Positions 15,281 through 26,754 of a stretch of DNA of 64,000 bases are shown piece by piece. Every line of letters starts with the position of its first letter. The first letter of the stretch is position 1. Below the pieces are notes generated by a model. The model had not been told where the DNA came from. It saw only the letters and a list, made by a program, of their open reading frames with translations, and did not search any database. Source of the stretch: Marsupella aquatica (taxonomy: Eukaryota; Plantae; Marchantiophyta); the NCBI GenBank assembly GCA_973895155.1, contig OZ316895.1, positions 1,971,659 through 2,035,658 of the forward strand, given 5' to 3'. Both the position numbers and the translations under genes were made by a program.

Positions 15281-15763
15281 ATGAATAATATGATAAATGG
15301 AGTACCTAGAGTTCATCCTCCACCTGTTGTGCCATTTGTTAGTCCTTTTTTAATTAGAATTCGTTGTCTTAGCAAGTATACCATGATAATGCATCTTTTT
15401 TTATCATTTTGGGCTTGAATTAGTGAAAATTATTATGAATAGCAATGCACCATTTGTATACCCGATTGTCATTTATGGGAATGAATGGAATGTGACTATT
15501 TTATTTTGTATTCTAAGATAGATCTTAATAGACAACTTGAAAATGTATCAAAGTTAGATTTGAATAGACTTCCTAATAATGTGTTTGATTTTCCTTCATC
15601 TATTGACATTATGATGGTATGTCGCAAGAAAGTTGATTGTAGAGATGTTTTAGTTAAAAAATATGGAGAGGAAAGATACAATGTCATGCTTAGGATGTCA
15701 GAGCCTGTGATTATATCATCTATGATGAATCTTAAGATCATAATCTTTATTTTCCATAATTGA
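15281..15763 (+). pseudogene. Cassette copy 2: ORF-A/ORF-B homologue, apparently fused, with two 1-bp frameshifts
   Basis: Reconstructed MNNMINGVPRVHPPPVVPFVSPFLIRIRCLSKYTMIMHLF/YHFGLELVKIIMNSNAPFVYPIVIYGNEW/ECDYFILYSKIDLNR...CRKKVDCRDVLVKKYG...IIIFIFHN. Confidence 0.7.
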
Positions 15764-16974
15764 CTTATCTAATTGTAGGATTCATTGAGATTTGCAATCC
15801 ACTACATGATCGACTTGAGAATTAAATTATGTGGGAAGAGAGGATAGGCCAATTTGAGGCTTAGTGTGAGGAAGCCACTTATTATAGAGTGGGACAAAGG
15901 CTATGAGAGATATTTTAGAGGCTAATGGTGAGAGAAATTGATCGAAAGGGGATTGCAAGGACGATATGAGGTGAGAAAATGCATACTTTGAAAGGTTCCT
16001 TTTGAGATAGGAAAAACAAGAGCTTGGTGCTTCCCAAAAACTAAAGATTTCCCCGACAATGTGATATGTCATTTTTATGGAAGTGAAACCCCCAAGGATT
16101 CAGGCATCCTGAGTGAAGATGGGCACTGTCAGGTCCAAGGCCAAACTCAACAAGAATGTAACAGGGCCTCATCAAATTAACTTAGTCATCCTTGGCCTTA
16201 ACTCAACGCATTGCCTTGGTTCAAACTTGTCGGCGAGCCCTCAACCTTACCGTTATCTCTTGCACTAGGGCTAGCACTCAAAGATGCATGGGTTTGGGGC
16301 CAAAATATTGGGACCAAAATTGGTCAAGGGTGGAAGGTTGTGATGCCTTGCCAAGGATCATTTAGTATTAGTTAAGCCTAAGATAGTCGGCAAATAGTAT
16401 TATGTATATAGTTGGCCTTGTTGCCTAGTTCGCAAACTCTTGCTGACCAAGAAGTTGTGTGTTGTGATATTTGTTGCTTGATCAATTTAAGTCAGATAAA
16501 GTGAAATTTGTGAGCACAGTAGGATTGCATTGTCTTGATTGGAAACTGCCAAATCAAACTCTGAGAGAAAAGTGAGGTATTGAGAGTGTTAGTTGGTTAA
16601 AGTGTGGGTTGAGTCCGTCTGAAAAAGACCTTTAGCCGACTTAAGAAATTAAGCCGTAGAGGTACATTTCGGGGGCGGAATACAAATATACCTGATAAAG
16701 TCAAAGGAGAAATTAGGTGTCTCTACAGTGCACAATTCATAAGTCCAGTGAAAGAATCGGTCCAGCAAAGTGTGGATTGAAGGATAGGCCGCATTTCCAA
16801 GCCGAATAGTTGCCAAACTCCTAGAAGCCGGACATAAATAAGTGGTTTATGATTGGTTGCTGGTAGTTCTTGGGGTTAGAGGTGTCGGGAAACGTGCCAC
16901 AAAGGTCCTTATAAACATATATATGAGGGGACCACCTCCTCTCAAGAATCAATTGTTTGAAAAATGTTACAAAC

Positions 16975-17390
16975 CACACCACCACCCCAAGGGGCCTGGT
17001 GTTGGAGAGTAAGGAGCAAAGTAACTTGGATGAGGTTTTCAAAGGGATTGCATGTACATGGGGTAGCGGAAAATGTATTGTTGAAAAGTGGACCAAGCCG
17101 TATAGTTGCCCCAGGGGGTTTGAGGATCGGGGAGGCCAAATCCAAGTAAGTTAGCCACAGTGACTTGAAGCAAACTCTTCAAGTAACCAAACTTGGGGTT
17201 ACCAATGGGGCTCAAGGATGCAAAGGGTGGCAAAAATGCGTCTCTAAAAAGTGGGCCAACGGTGCCATTGCCCCAAGGGGTCTTGGCATTGGGGCAGCCA
17301 AAGCGAAGTAAGTGAGCATGGTTACTTTAAGCAATACTTGAAGTAATCTGAACTGGGGTTACCAATGGTGCCAATGGTTACCAATGATGT
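16975..17390. repeat. Diverged ~130-165-bp tandem repeat, 2-3 units
   Basis: Recurrent CCCCAAGGGG...AAGTAA...GGGGTTACCAATGG blocks. Confidence 0.55.
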
Positions 17391-17703
17391 CCCTTAGTTA
17401 TAACATTTTGTACTTCACAACATCTTCAATTTACTTGACAGTGTCTTTTATTGTCTAACGACATTCCTTTACTCATTGACACTTTTTACACAACATTGTT
17501 GTACTTAAAGACATATTTTCACTTAACCACATCTTTGATGCGACAACACTGTTTTACTCAAAATGACACCTTTGACTTAACTACATCTTTTTATCTAATG
17601 ATCCCGTATTTAATGACATCTATGATGCAAAGACATCTTCTTACTTGACTACATCTCAAGTGCCATGACAAGTTTTTACTTAACAACATCTTCTCTGGAA
17701 TAA

Positions 17704-18290
17704 CTAGCCTGTTGCCCGTGCGTTGCACAAAAGATTTTGAGTTGGGAGCAAGATTTTGAGGTGAGAGCAAGATGTTGAGGCGAGACAAAGATGTTGAGGT
17801 GAGGGCAAGATGTCAAGGCGAGGAAAAGATAGGAGGTGAGAGAAAGATGTCAAGGCAAGGGCAAGATGTCAAGGAGAGGCAAAGATAACTAAGGAAGGAG
17901 GTGAGGTCATTAAAGATGTTGAGGTGAAAAAAGATGTCGATGAGAGAAAGAGATGTTGAGGTGAGGAAAAGAAATCAAGGTGAGAAAAGGAGGTTGAGGA
18001 GAGAATAAAAGGCAAGGTGAGAAAAAGATGTAAAATGAGGAATAGATGCCGAAGAGAGAAAAGATGTTGAGGGTGACAAAAGTATATTGTAGTGAGATAA
18101 GATGTCAAGGTGAGCAAAAGGCAAGATGTCAAGTTGAGGAAAGAGGTCAAGGAGAGAAAAGATGCATGTCAGGGAGAGAAAAGATGTCAAAGGTGAGAAA
18201 AAATATTGTGGTGAGATAAAGTTGTCAATGTGAGAAAAAATGACAAGAAGAGAGAAACATGTCAAGGTAAGGTAAAGTTGTTGTGATAGA
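17704..18290 (-). mobile_element. Helitron-like non-autonomous element filled with a GAGGTGAGAAAAGATGTT minisatellite
   Basis: Minus-strand 3' end TTTTGTGCAACGCACGGGCAACAGGCTAG|T (short hairpin, CTAG, T). The 5' end was not located. Confidence 0.7.
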
Positions 18291-21200
18291 GTTTAATAAC
18301 CTGTGTGTTTCACGTAGAAAATTGGAGATGCAAGATAACGACCATCACATCTATTCAACCCATGTTTATTCTTTTACCCAACTTTTAATTCTTTTAAATA
18401 CCCAAAATTTTCTGGCCTTCGTATCCCCCCCCCCCGCCCTCTCCCATCCTCTCCCTTTCTTTCCTTGCTTTCCCCTCTTACCCTCCGAGTGCCTCGTCCA
18501 GGTTCCTCCTCCCCCTTTTTCTTGTCTTTAACATTGTTAAAAAGATATGAAAAGGAGTTAAAAAATGGGAAGAAAAGACAATTAACCTCCAAAAAATTAA
18601 ATGTCCTTTTTAAGAGCAAAAACCAAAATAATTTAATGTCAATCTACTTTACGTAGATAATTGTAGGATTATGATACAATTAAAAATAGAAAAATAATCA
18701 CACAAGTCATGAGAAAGAGTTTAGGGACAAGGGCCCCATTAAGGATATTTGAAAAGTGATGGGCTAGTCAGGAATATATTTACCTAGACGGCCCCATCAA
18801 GTATTTTGCTGTGCAAAAAAGGGAAAGAGGAGGGGGTGTTAAGGTTTAAAAGGAAAAAATTGATAAAACAAGGAAAAAAAACTGTTCTCACTTTGTTGTA
18901 CTTTGGTGGCCGTTGTTGCCTTTTTTGTGTATGATGACATCTTTTACTTTATGACATTTTTTATGCAATGAGATCTTTTTAACAAACAAAATCTTTCACT
19001 CAATATATCTTTTGCACCATGATATTTTTCTCAACTACTTCTCTAGCACAATGTCATCTATTAGGCATTGGCATCTTTTGCCAAATGATATCTTTCAGTA
19101 AACTAGTACACCTTTTGCCCAACAACATATTTTAGTTAACAACACCTTTTGAGCAACCACATATTTTACTTGATGACGTCTTTTGTGCAACTACATGTTT
19201 AATGCAGCAACATGTTTATTCAACAACATTAATTTTTGGTGCAACTTATGGGGATTCAGATAAATTTTGAAACTGCTATATGGTGAATCCACCTTTCAGA
19301 TTTTGTCTTATTCAGAGTTTTGGTGTCATATATTTTTATTTTAATGTGCCTTATCAAGGGGCAGCCTGTGTATAATATACATTTTTATTTAATTTATGGG
19401 CCCCTTTAATTATTCTAGAGTATTTTGAACTTATTTTGGCAGCCCCCTTATAAATTTTAATGTTTATGATTTATCAGAGATGAACTAAAGGCTCCACCAC
19501 CGAAAGTATTCTCATGAGTGAGAGAAATGGCTCTGATTGTGTCTTAAGTTCCCCTTATGTTTTTCTTTCCTAAGTTTATGGTTTTTATTGAAATGAGTGT
19601 CATTCATGAGGACATTGAATTAAGTGCGGACATTGTAGCTCCTTGATTGTACTTTTCATTTGTCACTGTGCACTAATCCTTCTAGTTATGTTTTCATGTT
19701 TTATTTACTTTAAAATCACTACAAGACAAAAACTCAAGCATGTTCCAGGATGAGCATGCTATATGGGGATTGAACTTGTGGGATATAGTGCCTTGAAACA
19801 CGAGAGCTTCCGCTTAGTTAGAACACTTGAGAGATGTCTTTCTAAGTTTAATAAACTTTGAGGAGAATCTTAATGAGATGATCCAGATCTTGACCAGGGC
19901 ATTATGCTCCCAAACTGAAAATATAAATGGAAAAACCGTGATGGGCATTAAAAGTAAACACTAAAGTCCTGTTTAGGGGGCATTTATGGTATCTATATAA
20001 TGCTCGGGTTTTAGCTTGAGTTTTGAGGGGCTTTTTGCCCATAATGCTCTCACTAGAAACAGGACCTTATTACACTGTCTTACAGGCCTGAGAGGTTTAA
20101 TTTTTTTCTAACTTAAGTAAAATTAGAGAGAAGTCAACTTACTAAAGAGGTATCCAGATCTTGACCTGGATGCTCCCAGAATGCCCTAAAAAATACAAAG
20201 GAAAACCTCTTGAAGGGCACTATGTGTTGCAAATGCCCCTCGTCTTTTTTTTCACACTTGGAAAAAAACCCAAATTTCATTTAAGTTCAGATTTCAGTTT
20301 CTTTTCCAAAAGACTAGTGAAACAAAATGCCCTTGAAGTGAGTGTCATGGGCACTCCCTTACACAAAGAGTAGTATATACTTCACTTACTCTTTACAAAG
20401 CATTGTGGAGGAAAATGCCTTGAAAAATGAGGGCCTTAGCTAGCTTGAGGTTTGAGGGGCTATTATTGCCCATCAAATCAAACTATATAGTAAAGAGCCC
20501 CTCAAAAAATGGACGATGGTCTCCTTTCAAAGAGGAAAGGGCGGGAGCAAGATAATCTGCTTTGAAAAAGGGAAAAGGCGAGAGCAAATCCTAGTTCATG
20601 AAAATAAATCTTTTTGCATTCTCATATCCCAAGCTGCTCCAACCCATGCCTGCCATAGTGAATAAATCAAAAATTAAAAGCCAGATCATTGCTGAGAGTC
20701 GAACAAACAAAACAATGACTATCCACAATGAATATCTTGGCTCTTGCAACCCCGCTTGCAACAACCAAGAACATGGTAAAATGCAATACCTAGTGTGAAT
20801 TGCACCAGTCTACAACATACAATCGATACCAACTTGGAGCTACATGATTCTTCCTGTCTTGGCCCGTGTCTTGGTTATGTCCACGTGCAAGAGAAGAAGC
20901 CACTATGCACTAACACCAGACATTTGCATTAGGGATGACAAGCCATGAGATGCTCCATGACAAGATCTTCTTAATTCTTGCTCGTCAATCTCCAACACCC
21001 TGAAAAATAATCTTTACTAGGTGCAAGCACAATGAAGTGTGCCTCCAGCTACGGTATAGGGCTAGGCCCTCTCCACTAGTCTAACCTCAACAACCGTTAA
21101 TTGTCAGTGGTTAGGCAATTCTGTAGTTAACCTAACTAGACACTAGAGTTAAGTACCAAGATCTATAGTAAGAAAAAAATCTGTTAGAAGTTTAAGTGCA

Positions 21201-21579
21201 TTGTCATCTAGAGCATTATAAAAAGTTATAATACAAGGTTCCGCCAAAAAATGAAGTGGTCATCACTCAAATTTGATGTGCTGTTTTGAAAGAAAAAATG
21301 GAAACCTGAAAAAGTGGGAGTAATAAAGCAAAAGTGAACTAAGTTTGGTGTAGACTGTTCACCAAGCAAGAAGAAAAAGTAGGAACCAATCATGACCTTT
21401 AATCAAAATATTCTTTTATTTACACCATTAGATCTATCCATACACTCCATCTAAAATAAATGTTTGCACAAACTGCCGTTTAGCCTGCCATCAACTGCAT
21501 GAAATTAAAAAATTAATTGCATATTTTAGTTAAAGTAATTAACATAACATGACTCAACAACTACAATCATATGCTTTTG

Positions 21580-22095
21580 CCTTGTCTTGACATCATTTAC
21601 TAATCTTTACACATTTATGTCTCCTTAACATCTTTATCTTGCTTTGACATCTTTTTCTCTTAATATTGACATCTTTATCTCACCACTACATTTTTTCTTA
21701 CCCTGACATATTTTCTCTCTTGGACGTCTTTTTCTCTCCTCAAGATCTTTTTTCACCTAGCTTGACAATTCTTCCTCACGTAGACATCTTTTCCTACCCT
21801 TGACATCTTATCTTTTTCTCACCTTGACATCTTTATTTCACCGCGACATAGTTTCCCTCTTCCTCAACATCTTTTTTCTCCTTGACATCTTTTCCATCAT
21901 TACATCGTTTACTCCTCTTTACATAATTTTCTCGGGATCTTTCTCACCTCACCATCTTTTTGCTTCTTGATATCTTTTTCTCGGCTTGACATCTTTTTCT
22001 CTTATCAACATCTTGTTCTCTTATCGACATCTTATTTATCTCCACATCTTTTCTCACCTCAACATCTTTTGTGCAGCACAAACACCGGGCTATAG
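21580..22095 (+). mobile_element. Same Helitron-like minisatellite family, decayed 3' end
   Basis: CTCACCTTGACATCTTTT units ending TTTTGTGCAGCACAAACACCGGGCTA. Confidence 0.55.
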
Positions 22096-23449
22096 ACAAT
22101 AATAACTTGTCAAAACTCAAGCTAAAACCCTGATTTTTAGGGCATTATAAGCCCACAAATCTTGTAAACCCAGGGTTCTTATGTTCTTAACACCCTTAGT
22201 GATTTTTCCCTGTGGAGTTTTTTGGGCATTTCTGGAGTAAAATAAATTAAAAATATTTAGATAACTCAATACTAAGTTTATCCTCCACTTTTACTACAAT
22301 TTAAATATCTTTTAGGCTTTTGAAATTTGGGGTACTTTTCCCTGGAATGCCATTTATAGCATTGTCAGGTTATGCTCACCCATTGCTGCCCAAACCTTGC
22401 ACAATGATACTAGGATAAATACCAGGAGGAAATGTGACCTCTAGTTTTGTCCAGCAGGCTATGGGTGTTGTGGTAGACACCCCACCCAAAAGTGGGGTTC
22501 AAACTAAACTACTGACACTTAGAGAGTAAACAGTAATTTCTAAATTTCAGCAGGCAACATAGAGCCCTAAAACCATAACTGACTTTCCAACAATAAATGA
22601 CCTAAAACCATACCTGACTTTCCAACCATAAATGACTTTCCATGGACCCGTATCCTTAAGTATTTTGTAGTGTAAGCATTATTTTATTACGTACTCTAGC
22701 CCCGGCTACCCTGAATGTGGGAATAGTTCCCTACTCACATTTTGTATCCCTACTCACATTTTGATATATTCCCTACTCACATTTTTTGAAGATTAATAAA
22801 ATGAAAAATATCATGCATGTTATCATTTCAATAATTATACATGTACCATACTATTTTCTATGACATCCTTCTTTTTATGCACATATGTTATGGTGGGACT
22901 ATAGAGCTCAATTTTTAATATAAATATGAATAATGATAAAAAGCATGCATGATTATCATTTGACATAGATCATAATCATAAATTTTTGCATCATATGATG
23001 AACGATGGAGTTACAGTGTAGTGACTTCTCTCTAGAAGCCCAGGCCCCAACTTTACCTTGTAATTGGGCTTTATATTATAAGTAAGATACATGTTCTCGT
23101 GTCCTTTACTAACGCTCTGGTCACGTGTCTACCAAGTACCATTCCCTAACTGCCATTCTCCTGTACACTGTAATGGCAACTGCAGTACCTTGGTAGTGAA
23201 CGAAGAAACTGCACGAAAAGGAAAACATTGGAATGTGCTTGCTGGGCCCGAGGTTTAGCGCACGCTAGGAATGTGCTTGCTGGGGCTGATGAGGGCTGAT
23301 GAGGTTTAGCACACTTCATCTGTAGCAAGAGAATTGTCAGCCGAGCGACGAAGCTGGGCATTCGGCCAAGAAGAAGGGAGCAGAGCAGAGCAGAGCAGAA
23401 GTTGCATCTCTCTATCATTTCGTTGGAATTGTTGTTGTTACTGTTGGAG

Positions 23450-25727
23450 ATGGCCGCGGTTTCGGCTATGATCGTCGGTGCTGCTCTTGGATCCGTTGCT
23501 CCGCGGCAGACAGCTGCAACCCAGGCGTGGATCTCGATCGGAGGCCGTAGCGAGTGCTCTCTGAAATACTCGAGGACTGCCCGGTGCTGTTCCTCCATTT
23601 TTTCCATTTTAGGTGAGTTTCCGGTGAGCGTAACTACTTCAGTCGAAGTGGTCACTCAAGAGAAGCTTTTCTGTGGTCTGCGTGACAATACTGCTTGATC
23701 TAGAATATTTGGTGTTGTCATCTGTTGGACTCGAGGGTCTTTTCTAACGTAAAGATATGTTTGTTGCTACCTGTCTGTAATTTGTGTTGGGCCGTGCGCA
23801 GTGTATCCTGGAAGTTGGTTTTCCCAGTGTTATTTCTAAGATTGTGAACAGTGTCCTTGCTAAAAAAACTATGAGATGCCTTGGAAGCTTCAAAGGTGGA
23901 ACCTGTGTATTTCTCTTGACATTTTGGTGAGGTGGCCCCGTAGAATTTGGACTGCTTGACTTGAGAGTTGCCAACTAGAAGCTCGTTAGTCTTTCTCCGT
24001 GGGTAAGAAGTCAGTGGAACTTATGAGGTGTGGTTTGCTCTGATCGTATTGTGGCGTTTGGGTTGATACATTTCCTGCTGGTCGGTCCGAGTTCCTTGGC
24101 TCTACTTCTGGAGTATGTAATTGCAATTATGTAGGAGATGAGGGGTCCTTTTTCTTTACTGTGTCATTTATTTCGTCAGCATTGAGTGACTATCTGAGAA
24201 GTTTGTCTACTTTGCTGTCTTTTGTCGTACAAGTTATATGTTCCAGGGCGTCCTATTGTTGGGGCAGAGGCTCTACAGTTTTGGGGCTCACTAGCGGTAC
24301 TGGCTTGCAGTGGGTCCTACTGAACGAGTGGCAGAAATTATTGATGGGAAGGCAATTGCTAAGGACATCCGGAAAAGCATTGGCGAGGAAGTGGCCCAAA
24401 TAAAAGAAAGAGTAGGAAAAGTTCCAGGGTTGGCTGTAGTACTGGTGGGAAGTCGCACGGACTCAGCAACGTATGTCCGTAGCAAAAAGAAAGCCTGTGA
24501 AGAAGTTGGAATTGCCTCTTATGAGGTGAAGTTACCGGAGGATGCTGCAGAAGAAGAGGTCTTACAATCAGTTCGCAAGTTTAACAGCGACCCAGCTGTC
24601 CATGGAATTCTTGTGCAACTCCCACTTCCAAAGGTACCAATAACATCTCCTAAAAAATGGAACTTGGGGTCAGCAGGGAGGAGAGAAGGGAGGCGTACGT
24701 ATGCTCCTTGATGCTAATGTACATGAAATACTTTGGCAGCATATGAGCGAGGAGACGATCCTGACAGCCATCGACGTTGAAAAGGATGTTGATGGGTTCC
24801 ATCCCTTGAATGTGGGACGTCTGGCTTCGCAAGGCAGGACACCTCTTCATGTGTCCTGCACTCCAAGAGGCTGCATAGAGCTCATGCTGCGATCTGGAGT
24901 GACTATCAAAGGCAAGCATGCCGTTGTCATTGGCCGCAGCAATGTGATTGGGATGCCAGTTGCCATTCTTCTGCAGGTCAGTATCTCAAAATGAATACGC
25001 TTTTATAGGGAGTCGGCGAAATTTTTCACTAGCTGATAGTGCATCGCCAAAACATGGCATGGTACTGAAATAAGGGAAACAGAGTTACCAGTTGGTACTA
25101 TGATCAAGTTTCATAAGGGATTCCTGTATGGCTTTTGATTTAGTGGAAAAGATTGAGATTGTTACATTGCTTGCAACAAATATTTACTGCCTGTCTGGTT
25201 GCAATCATCGTCGAACTCCTACTCGTGCAACGATTCCTGTTACCGCTCGGGGGTTACCCTAAACTCTCATCTGATGCACGGTTGAATGTTTGCAGCGGGA
25301 AAATGCTACAGTGACTGTCGTGCATTCACACACACCCGATCCTGCTGAAGTCACCAGAAGGGCAGATATAGTGATTGCAGCTGTAGGGGTTGCCCACCTA
25401 GTCCGAGGCGATTGGATCAAGCCTGGTGCAGTGGTCATTGATGTTGGGATTAACTCTGTTGAGGTGAGTTCGAACCTTTTAGCTTTCATCCTTGGGTAAT
25501 TATCTTGCTGGGGCTTTATATTTCAAGCTAACACATACTTCTCTGTGCAGGATCCAAAGGCAAAGAAAGGTTATCGGCTAGTTGGAGACGTGTGCTATCA
25601 TGAAGTTTCTAAAGTAGCGTCAAAGATAACTCCAGTACCTGGAGGAGTAGGCCCAATGACAATTGCTATGCTCTTGTCCAACACCTTGGATTCTGCTAAA
25701 AGGTCCTTTGGCCTTACTGATCGTTGA
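23450..25727 (+). CDS. FOLD: Bifunctional methylenetetrahydrofolate dehydrogenase/cyclohydrolase with N-terminal organellar targeting peptide, 5 exons
   Basis: Exons 23450-23612, 24311-24633, 24740-24976, 25296-25463, 25551-25727, with consistent phases. Motifs [49 protein letters not shown]. Confidence 0.96.
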
Positions 25728-26754
25728 GAAAATCTAACAGTGGTTTATTACCTCCACGCTTTGGAACAGGCCGTCCTCAAGAAGAGCAGCCAAGTCAATG
25801 TAGCAAATTTGTTCCATCCCAGATTGACTTGATGCATGCATTCTGGTACCCATAAAGGCTTCAAATCAGTTCGTACCTATGACGTCAACAGTATTCGATA
25901 GAATATAACTTTTGTCCTATGCTGACCTCACTGAGCTCGACCAATTGCATGGGTTGTCTAGGACATTTTTCATCTACTCCTGTTGCTTTGTATGTCCGTG
26001 GTCAAGCCCATAAAAATTCTTCCTGTATCAGAGACGTACACAAAAGTCCGGGAGGTATAGCAGAGATAAGAGATGCAGGAATAATACTGCCTTGAAAGTT
26101 GATGTGGCTATCTCAGTTCACTTTCCAATCTGAAATGTTGTACAGTCCTCGTGCTGGTTAGGCAGTACTTTTAAATTATGACCAGCGTCAAAGTTGAAAT
26201 ATGAGATTTGGACAATTTATAGCATGTTCTCGATCGTATTTTCAATTCCCGATTCACTCCAGAAGCAGATCTGTTTCCAAAAACAGCCGCATGGACTTTC
26301 TCAGTGGAAAACCCGCAAAAGTGATTCTGGGATAACAGCCGTCAATAGAGACAGGTCGAACTATCGCTAGTGTATTCCTTAAATCAGACAGTCTCCCCGT
26401 AAAATTAATATGAACGGTTTTGGTTCTCTCGAGCGACGTACACAGAACCCTTGACAAGTTCGTTTGGCGGTCTGGCCTGAAAGAATCACAGGTACTCTAA
26501 ATGAAATGATACTGTACATATTCCCGAGTATTGGAGAGTTCCAATTCAGTTATTTCCAGAATTCTCCAGCTATTAACGAACCTAATGGATGTAAAGATTT
26601 ATCAGCGTGAATACTGGCTGCTCTATGGATTTTCTTTAATTCTATTTCCCTAACATAAAATCCTATGCTTACTGGAGGTTCCCTAGTTGAGAAAGATGGA
26701 AAAAATAGTCGGCCGTGTTGAAGTTATGCATGCAGTCACATATGATGCATGAAA

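Larger units (their letters stand above)
13942..16096. mobile_element. Non-autonomous TIR DNA transposon with 8-bp TSD carrying cassette copy 2
   Basis: Termini CTTGGGGGCCTCACT ... AGTGAAACCCCCAAG. Flanks GGTTCAGG / GATTCAGG (7/8). Both ends shared with the 296-bp element at 63701-63996. Confidence 0.85.
12969..16727 (-). mobile_element. Possible degenerate long LTR sequence (Gypsy-like) hosting the TIR element
   Basis: Minus strand begins TGTAGAGACACC (16727) and ends ...GTCCAACA (12969; a variant end at ~13388), with GC-rich repeats inside. No TSD or PBS found. Confidence 0.3.

Noticed and set aside
21000-21165. LTR-like fragment (GTTAACCTAACTA shared with the solo LTR at 50324)
   Set aside because: No clear TG...CA ends or TSD.
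23146-23655. 169-aa minus-strand ORF
   Set aside because: Antisense shadow of FolD exon 1 and its 5' UTR.
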